Positions 52,781 to 61,982 of a stretch of DNA of 64,000 nucleotides are shown here, in pieces. Below the pieces are notes generated by a model. That model saw only the letters and a program-made list of their open reading frames with translations, had not been told where the DNA came from and did no database searches. The stretch lies in IMG/VR virus record IMGVR_UViG_3300023179_005186, positions 62,001-126,000 of that record; one strand, 5' to 3'. Position 1 is the stretch's first letter; the number at the start of each line of letters is the position of its first letter. A program made the position numbers and the translations under genes.

Positions 52781-54748
52781 TCCAATTAATCTCAATACAT
52801 TAAAATTAGTAACCTGTACAACTAACTTATAATTAATATCATTATTATTAATTAACTTATTTTCCTGAAAATTATTAATTATACTATAATTAAATTTGTT
52901 TGTATTCGCTGTTTCACTTAAGAATATATCACTAACTTTAACTTTTAATATAAAACTAGGAATTCTACTTAAATTAATACTTCCTGAAGGTTGTGTTTCT
53001 GTTGGATTAAGTGCAAATGAATAACAATATAAACCTTTTTGTGGACTAGAATTATAACATTTAAATGGCATAAGATAATTAAAGAAATTTGAATTATCAC
53101 CAATTAATACTGTACTATTTAAATATAAATATGATTCTTCGATTATATTATAACTATCAATTAAATTTGTATATTTATTAAAAAGATTATCATTTATATA
53201 TGCATAATAATTTTTTGTAAGTAAATTTGTATTAATAAGTTCTTTTCCTATAATAAATTGTGTTGGATTAAAGTTTTTTTCATTATCAAATAATATTTTT
53301 AAATATTCAATAAAATAATTTTCTTCATTAGTTGTTGAATCAGTGTTATTTAATATAGAATATGTAAAACCTTGATTATTAGTAAATATATCACGAATAT
53401 TATTATTTTTAACAACAGACCAATACATATCTTTACAACAGTGAAAAAAATCAAGATCAAAAGAATTATTATATCTATTAAGATTATCAAATTCTATTTG
53501 TTGAACCTGAGTAATTAAATATTCATGACCTGATTGAGCAAATTTTTTCCTTTCAATACTATCTAAATAAATATATTCTGCCAGCATAGTAATCTCTAAT
53601 TTATTTTTCATTATTTCATTATTATTTTCAATTAAATAATTTAGAATATCATTTTCTACTTTCTCATTATTATAGTCTTTATCGATATTAATTTTAATAC
53701 ATTCATGAAATTTTTTTAAATTAATTTTTACTTGAATTGTATTAAATTGTAAAGCAATTAAAGGAAATGATAATCCATAATTTCCATTAAACCATAATGG
53801 TATGGGTAGATATAAATAATTATTATCCTTTGTTAAACTAAATAAATTAATTTCTTGATTTGCACCAATTAAATCATTATATAATTCAGGATTTTTATAA
53901 AAAAGATCTCCATAATTATTAATATAATAATCACTAAGAGAATTTATTTTATTACTACCTATATAAAAGTCAATTGAATTAAATAAATAGATCCCTATTT
54001 TATCAACCCAACTAAAATTTATTATATCATTAGTTACAATAATATCTTTTAATCTATTATACAAATCTTTATTTAGTTGTTCAATTATATCTAAATTTTT
54101 ATAAATAGCAAATTTAAATAATTCATAACTCATTTGTTCTTCAGTCCAATTCTCGTATATATAAACTAAAGTATTATTAATATCCTTAAATAATGAGGCA
54201 TTTGTAAACAAAGTTATATTTATATTACTTATATTAGTTAAAAGACCATTATTATAAAAATAATTAATTACTGTAAAGTATTGTTGATACTGATCCGAAT
54301 TAATATTACTTAAAATAAATAATGATAAATCATTGATATAAGTAAGACTTGTTATATTATCATATTTTTCAAAAAATAAGTTGATTACATTTAGTAAGTT
54401 ATTATAAAATTGTATAAAATAATCATAATATAAAATATATGTAAAATTATCTAATATATTTGGTAAAATATTTTTACTTATTATATCTTTATTTAAATTT
54501 GAAAAATCTATTTTAGGAAGCTTTATTCTTAATGTTAATCTTGATAATAAATCACCAGAATTTTTTGGTATTGTTAACACTGCTGTTTCTCCAAATTCTA
54601 CATTATTATCAAATGATAATTGATTTACTCTTTTACCAAAATTTGTATATCTTCTATATATTATATTAAAAAATGTTATTTCTGGGTTTGCAGTTAACAT
54701 TATATCTTGATTACCATATGAAATTACTTGAACCAGACCACCAGCCAT
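52751..54748 (-). CDS. Major capsid protein paralog (double jelly-roll)
   Basis: MAGGLVQVISYG..PEITFF..YRRYTNF, SGDLLSR, SFALNP..QPSGSINLSRI and NFNVLRLIGGIG. Confidence 0.93.
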   Translation of the reverse strand: MAGGLVQVISYGNQDIMLTANPEITFFNIIYRRYTNFGKRVNQLSFDNNVEFGETAVLTIPKNSGDLLSRLTLRIKLPKIDFSNLNKDIISKNILPNILDNFTYILYYDYFIQFYNNLLNVINLFFEKYDNITSLTYINDLSLFILSNINSDQYQQYFTVINYFYNNGLLTNISNINITLFTNASLFKDINNTLVYIYENWTEEQMSYELFKFAIYKNLDIIEQLNKDLYNRLKDIIVTNDIINFSWVDKIGIYLFNSIDFYIGSNKINSLSDYYINNYGDLFYKNPELYNDLIGANQEINLFSLTKDNNYLYLPIPLWFNGNYGLSFPLIALQFNTIQVKINLKKFHECIKINIDKDYNNEKVENDILNYLIENNNEIMKNKLEITMLAEYIYLDSIERKKFAQSGHEYLITQVQQIEFDNLNRYNNSFDLDFFHCCKDMYWSVVKNNNIRDIFTNNQGFTYSILNNTDSTTNEENYFIEYLKILFDNEKNFNPTQFIIGKELINTNLLTKNYYAYINDNLFNKYTNLIDSYNIIEESYLYLNSTVLIGDNSNFFNYLMPFKCYNSSPQKGLYCYSFALNPTETQPSGSINLSRIPSFILKVKVSDIFLSETANTNKFNYSIINNFQENKLINNNDINYKLVVQVTNFNVLRLIGGIGALSYTY

Positions 54749-54803
54749 TTTAATAATAATATAAATTAATATTTTAAAACTTAATTAATATTATTTATTT
54801 ATT

Positions 54804-57443
54804 ATGGAAAATTTAGATGAAGAAAATACTTTTAACTTTGATAACATTTGTTTAGGTATAGATTTTGGTACTACTAATTCTTGTTTAAGTATTTGGTATA
54901 AAAATAAATCATGGATTGTTCCAGATATTGATGGTATTAATATTATACCTACTGTTATTGAAATAAATTCAGATAAAAAAATAATAGGTAAAGAAGCATA
55001 TTTGCGAAAAGATATTTTTGAAAAAACTAATGATATTAATATTAAAAATACTTTTCTTGTTTATGAAATTAAAAAATTATTAGGTAAAAAATTTTCAGAA
55101 TTAGATAAAAATTTTATTGATATTGTAGCATATGATATAAAATCAGATGAAGAAGATAATATTATTATTCAAGATAATAATTCTGGTAAATTATATTATC
55201 CAGAAGAAATTGCTATACATATATTTATGAGTTTTAAAGTTAGAGCTGAAAATTATTTTTCTGAAAAGTTTAATCATAATATAAAAATATCAAATGTTAT
55301 ACTAACTGTTCCTGCTTATTTTAATAAAAATCAACGTCAAATAATTAAAAATTCAGCTCAAAATGCTGATCTTAATGTAATTAGATTAATTAACGAACCA
55401 ACTGCTGCTGCAATTTGTTATGGATTAGGTAAAAATTTAGATCTAATCAATGAATCATTAGGTATAAATGTTATTATATTTGATTTTGGAGGTGGAACAC
55501 TGGATGTTAGTTTATTAAACATAAATAATGGAGTATATGAAGTATTGGGATCTTGTGGAAATAATAATCTAGGTGGATCAGATTTTGATAGAAAAATTAT
55601 GGAATTCTGTATTACTAATTTTATTGAAAAAAATAAATTAAATTCAAATGAATTTATTGATAAAGTTGAGGAAAATTCTTTACAAAAATTAAAATATTTA
55701 TGTGAACAAGCAAAAATAACATTAACTGATAATATAAATACCATTATAAAAATCACTAATTTTTATAATAAAATTGATATGATACAAACTTTTAATCGTG
55801 AAGATTTTGAATTAATTACTCAAGATTTAATTAGATTAATTATTAAACCTATTAATGATGTATTAGATAATTGTGAATTAGAAAAATCAGATATTAAAGA
55901 AATAATTATGGTTGGTGGTATGACAAGAATACCTATTATTAGATATAATATTGAAAGATATTTTAATCGTGATGTTAATTGTTCTATTGATCCAGATATA
56001 GTTGTTTCAATAGGTGCTGCTATTCATGGTCATATGTTACTTAATAAAACATCAATTGAAGATAAATTATTATTAATAGATAGAACTTCACTTTCTATCG
56101 GATTAGAAACTTCTGGTGGTATCATGGACACTTTAATTCCAAGAGGTACAATTATTCCTATTAAAAAAATAAAAAAATATACAACTGATACTGATTATGT
56201 AGAATCAATTGATATAAAAATATATGAAGGTGAACGAAAATTTACAAAAGATAATTTTTTAATTGGTAGTTTTACTTTAAGTGGAATAGAAAAACAAAAG
56301 AGAGGAATTCCTGAAATTCAGATTACTTTTGAAATAGATTCTGATGGTATTATAAAAATCAAAGCAGAAGATTTAGATAATCCTCTTAATAAAAAATCTA
56401 TTTTAGTATCAGGAAATAAACAAAATTTATCTGAAGAACAAATTGAAAAAATTATTATAAATGCAAAACAAATGGATCAAATTGATCGTATTGATAAAAT
56501 GAAAAAAGAATCATATTTATCATTAATTGATTCAAGTAAAAAAATTATAGAAAATTTAAATTCAAGTGATTTACAAATACCTTCAGAAACTAAAGATGAT
56601 ATAATTAATAATGTTGAAGAAATATTAAATTGGTTGGAATCAAATAATTATTTAGAAATAGAAACAGAAAAATATAAAGAGTTATTACATGATTATAAAA
56701 TGAATTATTCTATATATTTAATACAACAAACTAATCATTTAATAAATTTAGAATCTGCAAATGATAATGATAATAAGGGTATAGAAATTTATGAAGATGA
56801 TAATAATAGTAGAAAATATTTTGAACAAATTAAATATTTTAGAAGTATTGTTGATGAATATGATGATATTAAGAAACAAATTAATATTTATAAATATCTA
56901 GATTTAACATCTAATAATGATACTGAATTAATTATTAATAATATTGAAAATAATTTTAAAGAAGTTTATGACTATGCTAATGATATATTAATTAAATTTT
57001 TTATTGAAAAAAATATTAATGATGAAATAGTAGATAATTATGTTACAAATTTATATCAATTAGATATTAAATTTAAAGAATATTTTGATTTATTCAATGA
57101 ACAATTTAATTTAGTTAATAAACTTATTCAAAAAATAAATGAAAAAGAAGAGTATTTATTAAAACAATTAGAACAAAATATTGAAATATCTGAACCAAAT
57201 ATTGAATTAAATAAAAATATATCATATGGTACAGATCTTTTAGATATTATAAATAATACAGAAACTAATTCAAATAAAATAGTTGATGAAACAAATAATA
57301 AAATTAATGCTATTAATTCTAAATTAGAAATAATTTTAGAATTTCAAGCTATAATTTATAAAATTAATTCAGGATATATTAAAGTTGATTTAAATAAAAT
57401 TAATAATATGATTGATGTATTAGATAAAATTATAGATACCTAG
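54804..57443 (+). CDS. hsp70: Hsp70 (DnaK-like) chaperone with long helical C-terminal extension
   Basis: GIDFGTTNS, TVPAYFN, INEPTAAA, FDFGGGTLDVS, LGGSDFD and VGGMTRIP motifs. Confidence 0.96.
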   Translation: MENLDEENTFNFDNICLGIDFGTTNSCLSIWYKNKSWIVPDIDGINIIPTVIEINSDKKIIGKEAYLRKDIFEKTNDINIKNTFLVYEIKKLLGKKFSELDKNFIDIVAYDIKSDEEDNIIIQDNNSGKLYYPEEIAIHIFMSFKVRAENYFSEKFNHNIKISNVILTVPAYFNKNQRQIIKNSAQNADLNVIRLINEPTAAAICYGLGKNLDLINESLGINVIIFDFGGGTLDVSLLNINNGVYEVLGSCGNNNLGGSDFDRKIMEFCITNFIEKNKLNSNEFIDKVEENSLQKLKYLCEQAKITLTDNINTIIKITNFYNKIDMIQTFNREDFELITQDLIRLIIKPINDVLDNCELEKSDIKEIIMVGGMTRIPIIRYNIERYFNRDVNCSIDPDIVVSIGAAIHGHMLLNKTSIEDKLLLIDRTSLSIGLETSGGIMDTLIPRGTIIPIKKIKKYTTDTDYVESIDIKIYEGERKFTKDNFLIGSFTLSGIEKQKRGIPEIQITFEIDSDGIIKIKAEDLDNPLNKKSILVSGNKQNLSEEQIEKIIINAKQMDQIDRIDKMKKESYLSLIDSSKKIIENLNSSDLQIPSETKDDIINNVEEILNWLESNNYLEIETEKYKELLHDYKMNYSIYLIQQTNHLINLESANDNDNKGIEIYEDDNNSRKYFEQIKYFRSIVDEYDDIKKQINIYKYLDLTSNNDTELIINNIENNFKEVYDYANDILIKFFIEKNINDEIVDNYVTNLYQLDIKFKEYFDLFNEQFNLVNKLIQKINEKEEYLLKQLEQNIEISEPNIELNKNISYGTDLLDIINNTETNSNKIVDETNNKINAINSKLEIILEFQAIIYKINSGYIKVDLNKINNMIDVLDKIIDT

Positions 57444-57877
57444 TCTATACTCTTATCAATATTATTTATATAAAAATTAAATAATTCAAATACTTGAACC
57501 TTTGGTAAAATTGCTATATCTATATTAGTTTTTTTACATACATAATAAGTTGATTCTATTACATTAACATCAATGTATTTTATCAAAAATTGAATACATA
57601 TAATTAAACTAATCATTATATCATCAGAAAATATAGTTATTTTTTCATTTTTATTATAAGATTCTAATATAAAATTATTAATTTTTTCAAAATTTATTTT
57701 TTCAGTATGTAACTTATCTTTTAAATATATTTTATTCAAATCTAGTTCTAAATTTAATATATTCAATTTATCATTTTTAAATGATTTATTTATATTAATA
57801 ATATTTCCTGTTATATTCGAATCTGTAGATGATCCAATGCATAGTCCAGGAATTATTTCTTTTGAATTATTAATCAT
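57440..57877 (-). CDS. Dual-specificity-phosphatase-fold protein lacking the catalytic loop
   Basis: EIIPGLCIGS start and F..INNFI..KITIF..FLIKY..ES..VCKK match the DSP topology, but HCxxGxxR is absent. Confidence 0.55.
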   Translation of the reverse strand: MINNSKEIIPGLCIGSSTDSNITGNIININKSFKNDKLNILNLELDLNKIYLKDKLHTEKINFEKINNFILESYNKNEKITIFSDDIMISLIICIQFLIKYIDVNVIESTYYVCKKTNIDIAILPKVQVFELFNFYINNIDKSID

Positions 57878-57932
57878 TTTATATAATAGAATTATATAAA
57901 ATTAAAGATTTTTTTTTATATAATTATATTAT

Positions 57933-59084
57933 ATGACAAATTTTAAAAAAAAATATATCAAGTATAAATTAAAATATCTTAAATTAATTGGAGGTGTTAT
58001 AGAAGATGCACTTATTGCTAATTTAAGGCCATATGAAACTGAAAAAAATTCTGGTACAGTTGATAATATGACTAATCAATGTTTATGGATTTCTATTTGT
58101 GATTATATTAAACGATTTAATATTGAATTAACCGTTAGAGAACTTAGAAATTTATTAATTGGTCATAAAATTGAAATTAATAATGAAAGAGAAATGGCAG
58201 ATAATGGACGTCATCAATTAGAGGAAGCATTTAAACTGATTGGTGAGATATTTAATTTAAAAATTAAAATTTTTCCAATTGCTTATGAATATAATAATAA
58301 AAAATATATTAATAAAGAGTCGGTTAGTGTATATGGTGATCAGAATTCAAATAAAGTTATTAATATCGCTTCAGGAGGAATAACATTTGGTAATCATTTT
58401 GAATTAATTACGGAAATATTTGATAAACCAATACCGCCTGAAGAATATAATAATTTTAGAGATTCTATAGAAAAAAATACAATAAATCAAAATGAAGTTG
58501 AATTAACATTTCAACCCAATGAAAAAAAACCTATGGGATTTGATTTAAATGATAAAAATTTAGTTATAATAGGAGTTACAGATCAAGGACATGCATTTAA
58601 AAAAGGTATGCAAATAGGGGATCAAATTATTCAATATAATTATGAGAATGTTAATAATTATAAAGAATATTTGAAAATAGAAGGAAGAATTAATCCAAAT
58701 GATCCTATTGTATTAACAATAAAAAAAAAAGATAATGTAAAAAAAAAATCTTATGTGAATTTAGATGATGAAATATGTGAACAAGATCTTATGAATTCAA
58801 ATTTGAAAACAAAAGAACAAGAATCTATGGAAAATGATAATTATCAAATAACATTTAATTCAGATGAACAAAAGCCTATGATGGGATTTTCATATAATCC
58901 TAATAATTTAGTTATAATGGAAGCTTCAGGAAAAGCATATAATAAAGGTATGCGAGTTGGAGATCAAATTATTGAATTCAACAATATACCTGTTAATAAT
59001 CATCAAGAATATATAGATATTAAAGATAATTTGTATGATACAAATCAAATTATTACATTAAGATTAAAACGATTTGAAAATTAA
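57933..59084 (+). CDS. KYxKYK-leader, OTU-like cysteine protease domain plus two PDZ domains
   Basis: NQCLWISI...ELR...GNHFELI (OTU-like); GMQIGDQIIQYN and GMRVGDQIIEFNNIPV (PDZ). Confidence 0.7.
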   Translation: MTNFKKKYIKYKLKYLKLIGGVIEDALIANLRPYETEKNSGTVDNMTNQCLWISICDYIKRFNIELTVRELRNLLIGHKIEINNEREMADNGRHQLEEAFKLIGEIFNLKIKIFPIAYEYNNKKYINKESVSVYGDQNSNKVINIASGGITFGNHFELITEIFDKPIPPEEYNNFRDSIEKNTINQNEVELTFQPNEKKPMGFDLNDKNLVIIGVTDQGHAFKKGMQIGDQIIQYNYENVNNYKEYLKIEGRINPNDPIVLTIKKKDNVKKKSYVNLDDEICEQDLMNSNLKTKEQESMENDNYQITFNSDEQKPMMGFSYNPNNLVIMEASGKAYNKGMRVGDQIIEFNNIPVNNHQEYIDIKDNLYDTNQIITLRLKRFEN

Positions 59085-59087
59085 AAA

Positions 59088-59297
59088 TTATTGTGTAAAT
59101 ATATTTTTACATGTATTATGATGTTCTAATATTATATTTTCCATCATTAATTTATATAATTCTATTATTTTGGTATTTTTCATATTTTTATCAATTATAT
59201 TAATTTCTAAATTATCTATTAATGTTGATAGATCTGTTATCTCTTTTTTTATTTTTTTAATATTTTTTTTATTTTTTTCATTTATTTCTAAAATCAT
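59088..59297 (-). CDS. Small hypothetical coiled-coil protein
   Basis: 69 aa ORF filling the intergenic gap. Confidence 0.4.
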   Translation of the reverse strand: MILEINEKNKKNIKKIKKEITDLSTLIDNLEINIIDKNMKNTKIIELYKLMMENIILEHHNTCKNIFTQ

Positions 59298-59375
59298 ATT
59301 TATAATATATATTATTAAATATATATTATTTTTCTTAATAATACTTTAATTTGTTTGTTAATGTCCTTAAAAATA

Positions 59376-60866
59376 TTAAAGTTTTAATAATTTAAATATT
59401 TGTGCATTATCTTTTGCACTATTAACATTATATGAATTACCCATACTACTACCAGTTGCTGTAGTACCTGTTGCTGTAGTACCTGTTGCTGTAGTACCAG
59501 TACCTGTACCTGTAATTAATCCTGATGATATCTCAATATTTTTAATTTTAGGAAATTGTTTATTTTTAAGTTTATAACTAGTAATTGTATCATTAATTGT
59601 ATCATCAATTTCTTTATAGCCATTATCAGAATCATCAGATAAATTTATTTCTGCTAAATTTTGGTCAGAAAATAAATCAAGAAAATTACTAATAGGAGCG
59701 CCATTTTTATTTTTAATATTATATTTTTTAATTATACTTTCAGAATTTGATTTTAAAGATTCATTTTCTTTAGTAGAACTATTTAATGATATATCAGATT
59801 TATTTTCATTATTCTTAACATTTAATTTATTTGATTCATTAACTTTAAATGAATCATTTAATTTATTAACATTTAATTTATCAGTTAGATTATTTTCATT
59901 TGAATTTTTACAATTTAATGAAAGATATTGATTCATATTGAATAATTGATCATTAAGATCATCTTTAATATTTGTAAGATTATTTAATAACATTTGATTA
60001 TATTCACATGAACTTTGAATTTGTAAAATATTTTTAAGAATTAATGTACTAAATCTATATACAAAACCAGAATATATTTTACTAATTTTTATATTTGTTT
60101 CAGAATCTTCAAAAACAGAAATATTTTTAAATAACCATATTATTAATTGATAGTAAAATATTATTAATAAATTTTTATAATTTTCAGCTTCTTCTGCATC
60201 TATTGATTCAAAATTACCTATAGTTTCATAAATAAAATTTTGTAATTTTGTCATACAGTCTAAACTTGAAGTAAAAACAGAATTTACAAAATTAAATTCA
60301 TTAACACCTAAATTAGGATTTACACTAATTATAAAAATATATTTCTTAATACATAATTTCCCTTCTACTGAATTTAATATATATTTTAATAAATCATTAA
60401 AATTAAATGAACAATCCAATTCATTATTTTCATATATGTTAAACATATCTAATTCTTGATTATATTCAACTTTGTGTAATAGTTTATCTCCAAAAACTTC
60501 TTGTATTAAATTTCCACCTTCTATATTATATGTATTTGTTGTGTTAGGATATATACTTTTTTCTTTTTTCTCTAAAATATTACTAATATTATTTTTATAT
60601 TTTTCCGGAGTATTTACTTCAACTTCTTCTTTATTTGATTCTAATTTAAATAAAGGTTTAGATGCACCTTGTTGTACTATATTATTATTTTCTTTATGAT
60701 CTACTTTTTCAGATTTATCATAATCATGTTTACTATTATCATGTTTAGAACTATCATTCTTTGAATAATGACCAGATTCTTCATATTTAGAACTATCGTA
60801 TTTATTTTGATCAGGACTATCAAAATCATTTGAATATTTTTTTTTTATTGGTTTTGTATTTAACAT
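59376..60866 (-). CDS. Hypothetical protein
   Basis: 496 aa; low-complexity ends including (TTATG)x3. Confidence 0.75.
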   Translation of the reverse strand: MLNTKPIKKKYSNDFDSPDQNKYDSSKYEESGHYSKNDSSKHDNSKHDYDKSEKVDHKENNNIVQQGASKPLFKLESNKEEVEVNTPEKYKNNISNILEKKEKSIYPNTTNTYNIEGGNLIQEVFGDKLLHKVEYNQELDMFNIYENNELDCSFNFNDLLKYILNSVEGKLCIKKYIFIISVNPNLGVNEFNFVNSVFTSSLDCMTKLQNFIYETIGNFESIDAEEAENYKNLLIIFYYQLIIWLFKNISVFEDSETNIKISKIYSGFVYRFSTLILKNILQIQSSCEYNQMLLNNLTNIKDDLNDQLFNMNQYLSLNCKNSNENNLTDKLNVNKLNDSFKVNESNKLNVKNNENKSDISLNSSTKENESLKSNSESIIKKYNIKNKNGAPISNFLDLFSDQNLAEINLSDDSDNGYKEIDDTINDTITSYKLKNKQFPKIKNIEISSGLITGTGTGTTATGTTATGTTATGSSMGNSYNVNSAKDNAQIFKLLKL

Positions 60867-60981
60867 ATGTTTGTTATATAAATTATATAATAAAAAAATT
60901 AAATTATTTAATTTACAATAAATTAATTATGTATATAAAAATTATTCTTCATATATCTTTTCTTATTAAAAATAATATATC

Positions 60982-61011
60982 ATAAAATAGTAAGATTCCT
61001 TACTATTTTAT
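60982..61011. terminator. Canonical polyadenylation hairpin downstream of MC1-like gene
   Basis: ATAAAATAGTAAG-ATTC-CTTACTATTTTAT, 13-bp stem with 4-nt loop. Confidence 0.75.
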
Positions 61012-61043
61012 AGGATAAAAAAGTAAAATTAATTAATTAAAAT

Positions 61044-61862
61044 TTATACTTTTGGAGCTTTTTGAAGCTTATTGTGATACTTGTATTCAATTTGTTTAAC
61101 TGATCCATCAGCATTGGCAATTTGAACCTTTACAGGATTATCAAGTACTTGACGCTTTCCAACATACATATAATCTTTATGCTTACTGTTTCTAGTACAT
61201 TCTCTAATTGTAAAATTAATATCAACATTAACTCCACCTTGTTGTCCACCAGTTTGTTTTAAACTCTTAATAATTGAACTAAAAGCCTTATTTGCAGCTT
61301 GCTTTGGTTTTTTACCACAATAACGTCCTTGAACAACATCATTATAAATAAGTTTAAAATATCTTAACTTATTTCCAACAACTTCTTCTTCAGCATCAGC
61401 AGTAGCATCAGTAGCATTAGCAGCATTAGTAGCATTAGCAGCAACTGTTGCACCACCTACTTGATCTTCTACTTTAACAGGATTCTTTTTTTCAGTTTTC
61501 TTTTTATCTACTAATTCAGTTTTTACATCTGTCTTTTTTGTTTCTTTAACTGCTTCTTTTACAGTCTTTGTTTTTCCCTTTTTATCAGCCTTAACTTCTT
61601 CCTTAGTTTCAACAACTGTATTTTCTTGTTCAAGTGCTTTAACAACTTTATTTTTGGAAGCTTTTACAGGTACAGATTCAGATTCAGTATTTTGAACAGT
61701 AGTTGATTCTAAACTTGTTTTCTTACCACCCTTCTTTTCAACTGTAACAACTTTGTCTTCCATTTTATTTTCAACAATTGTGTTAGCAGTTGGTACATCA
61801 ACAACTTTTTCAGCTACTGTCTTTTTTGTTGTAGTTTTGGTCTTGGAATCTTTAGAACTCAT
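61044..61862 (-). CDS. MC1-like DNA-bending architectural protein with long K/E/T-rich N-terminus
   Basis: RYFKL..GRYCGKKPKQAANKAF..FTIRECTR..Y.G.R resembles archaeal MC1 (RNF.LR..GVFTGKQPRQAALKA..IRLRERGT). Confidence 0.8.
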   Translation of the reverse strand: MSSKDSKTKTTTKKTVAEKVVDVPTANTIVENKMEDKVVTVEKKGGKKTSLESTTVQNTESESVPVKASKNKVVKALEQENTVVETKEEVKADKKGKTKTVKEAVKETKKTDVKTELVDKKKTEKKNPVKVEDQVGGATVAANATNAANATDATADAEEEVVGNKLRYFKLIYNDVVQGRYCGKKPKQAANKAFSSIIKSLKQTGGQQGGVNVDINFTIRECTRNSKHKDYMYVGKRQVLDNPVKVQIANADGSVKQIEYKYHNKLQKAPKV

Positions 61863-61982
61863 ATGTATATCATATACTCTTTTTTTATTTTTAAATTGTT
61901 TTAATATAATTTTGTTATAGACTCGATTTTTTTGTAATCAAGGGGAAATTAATTAAATTTTTTTTTATTATAAATTATATAG

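Noticed and set aside
59455-59512. (TTATG)x3 repeat, also ANAT repeats at ~61400-61440 and PIQIT repeats at 14043-14089
   Set aside because: Ordinary in-frame slippage repeats in low-complexity regions.
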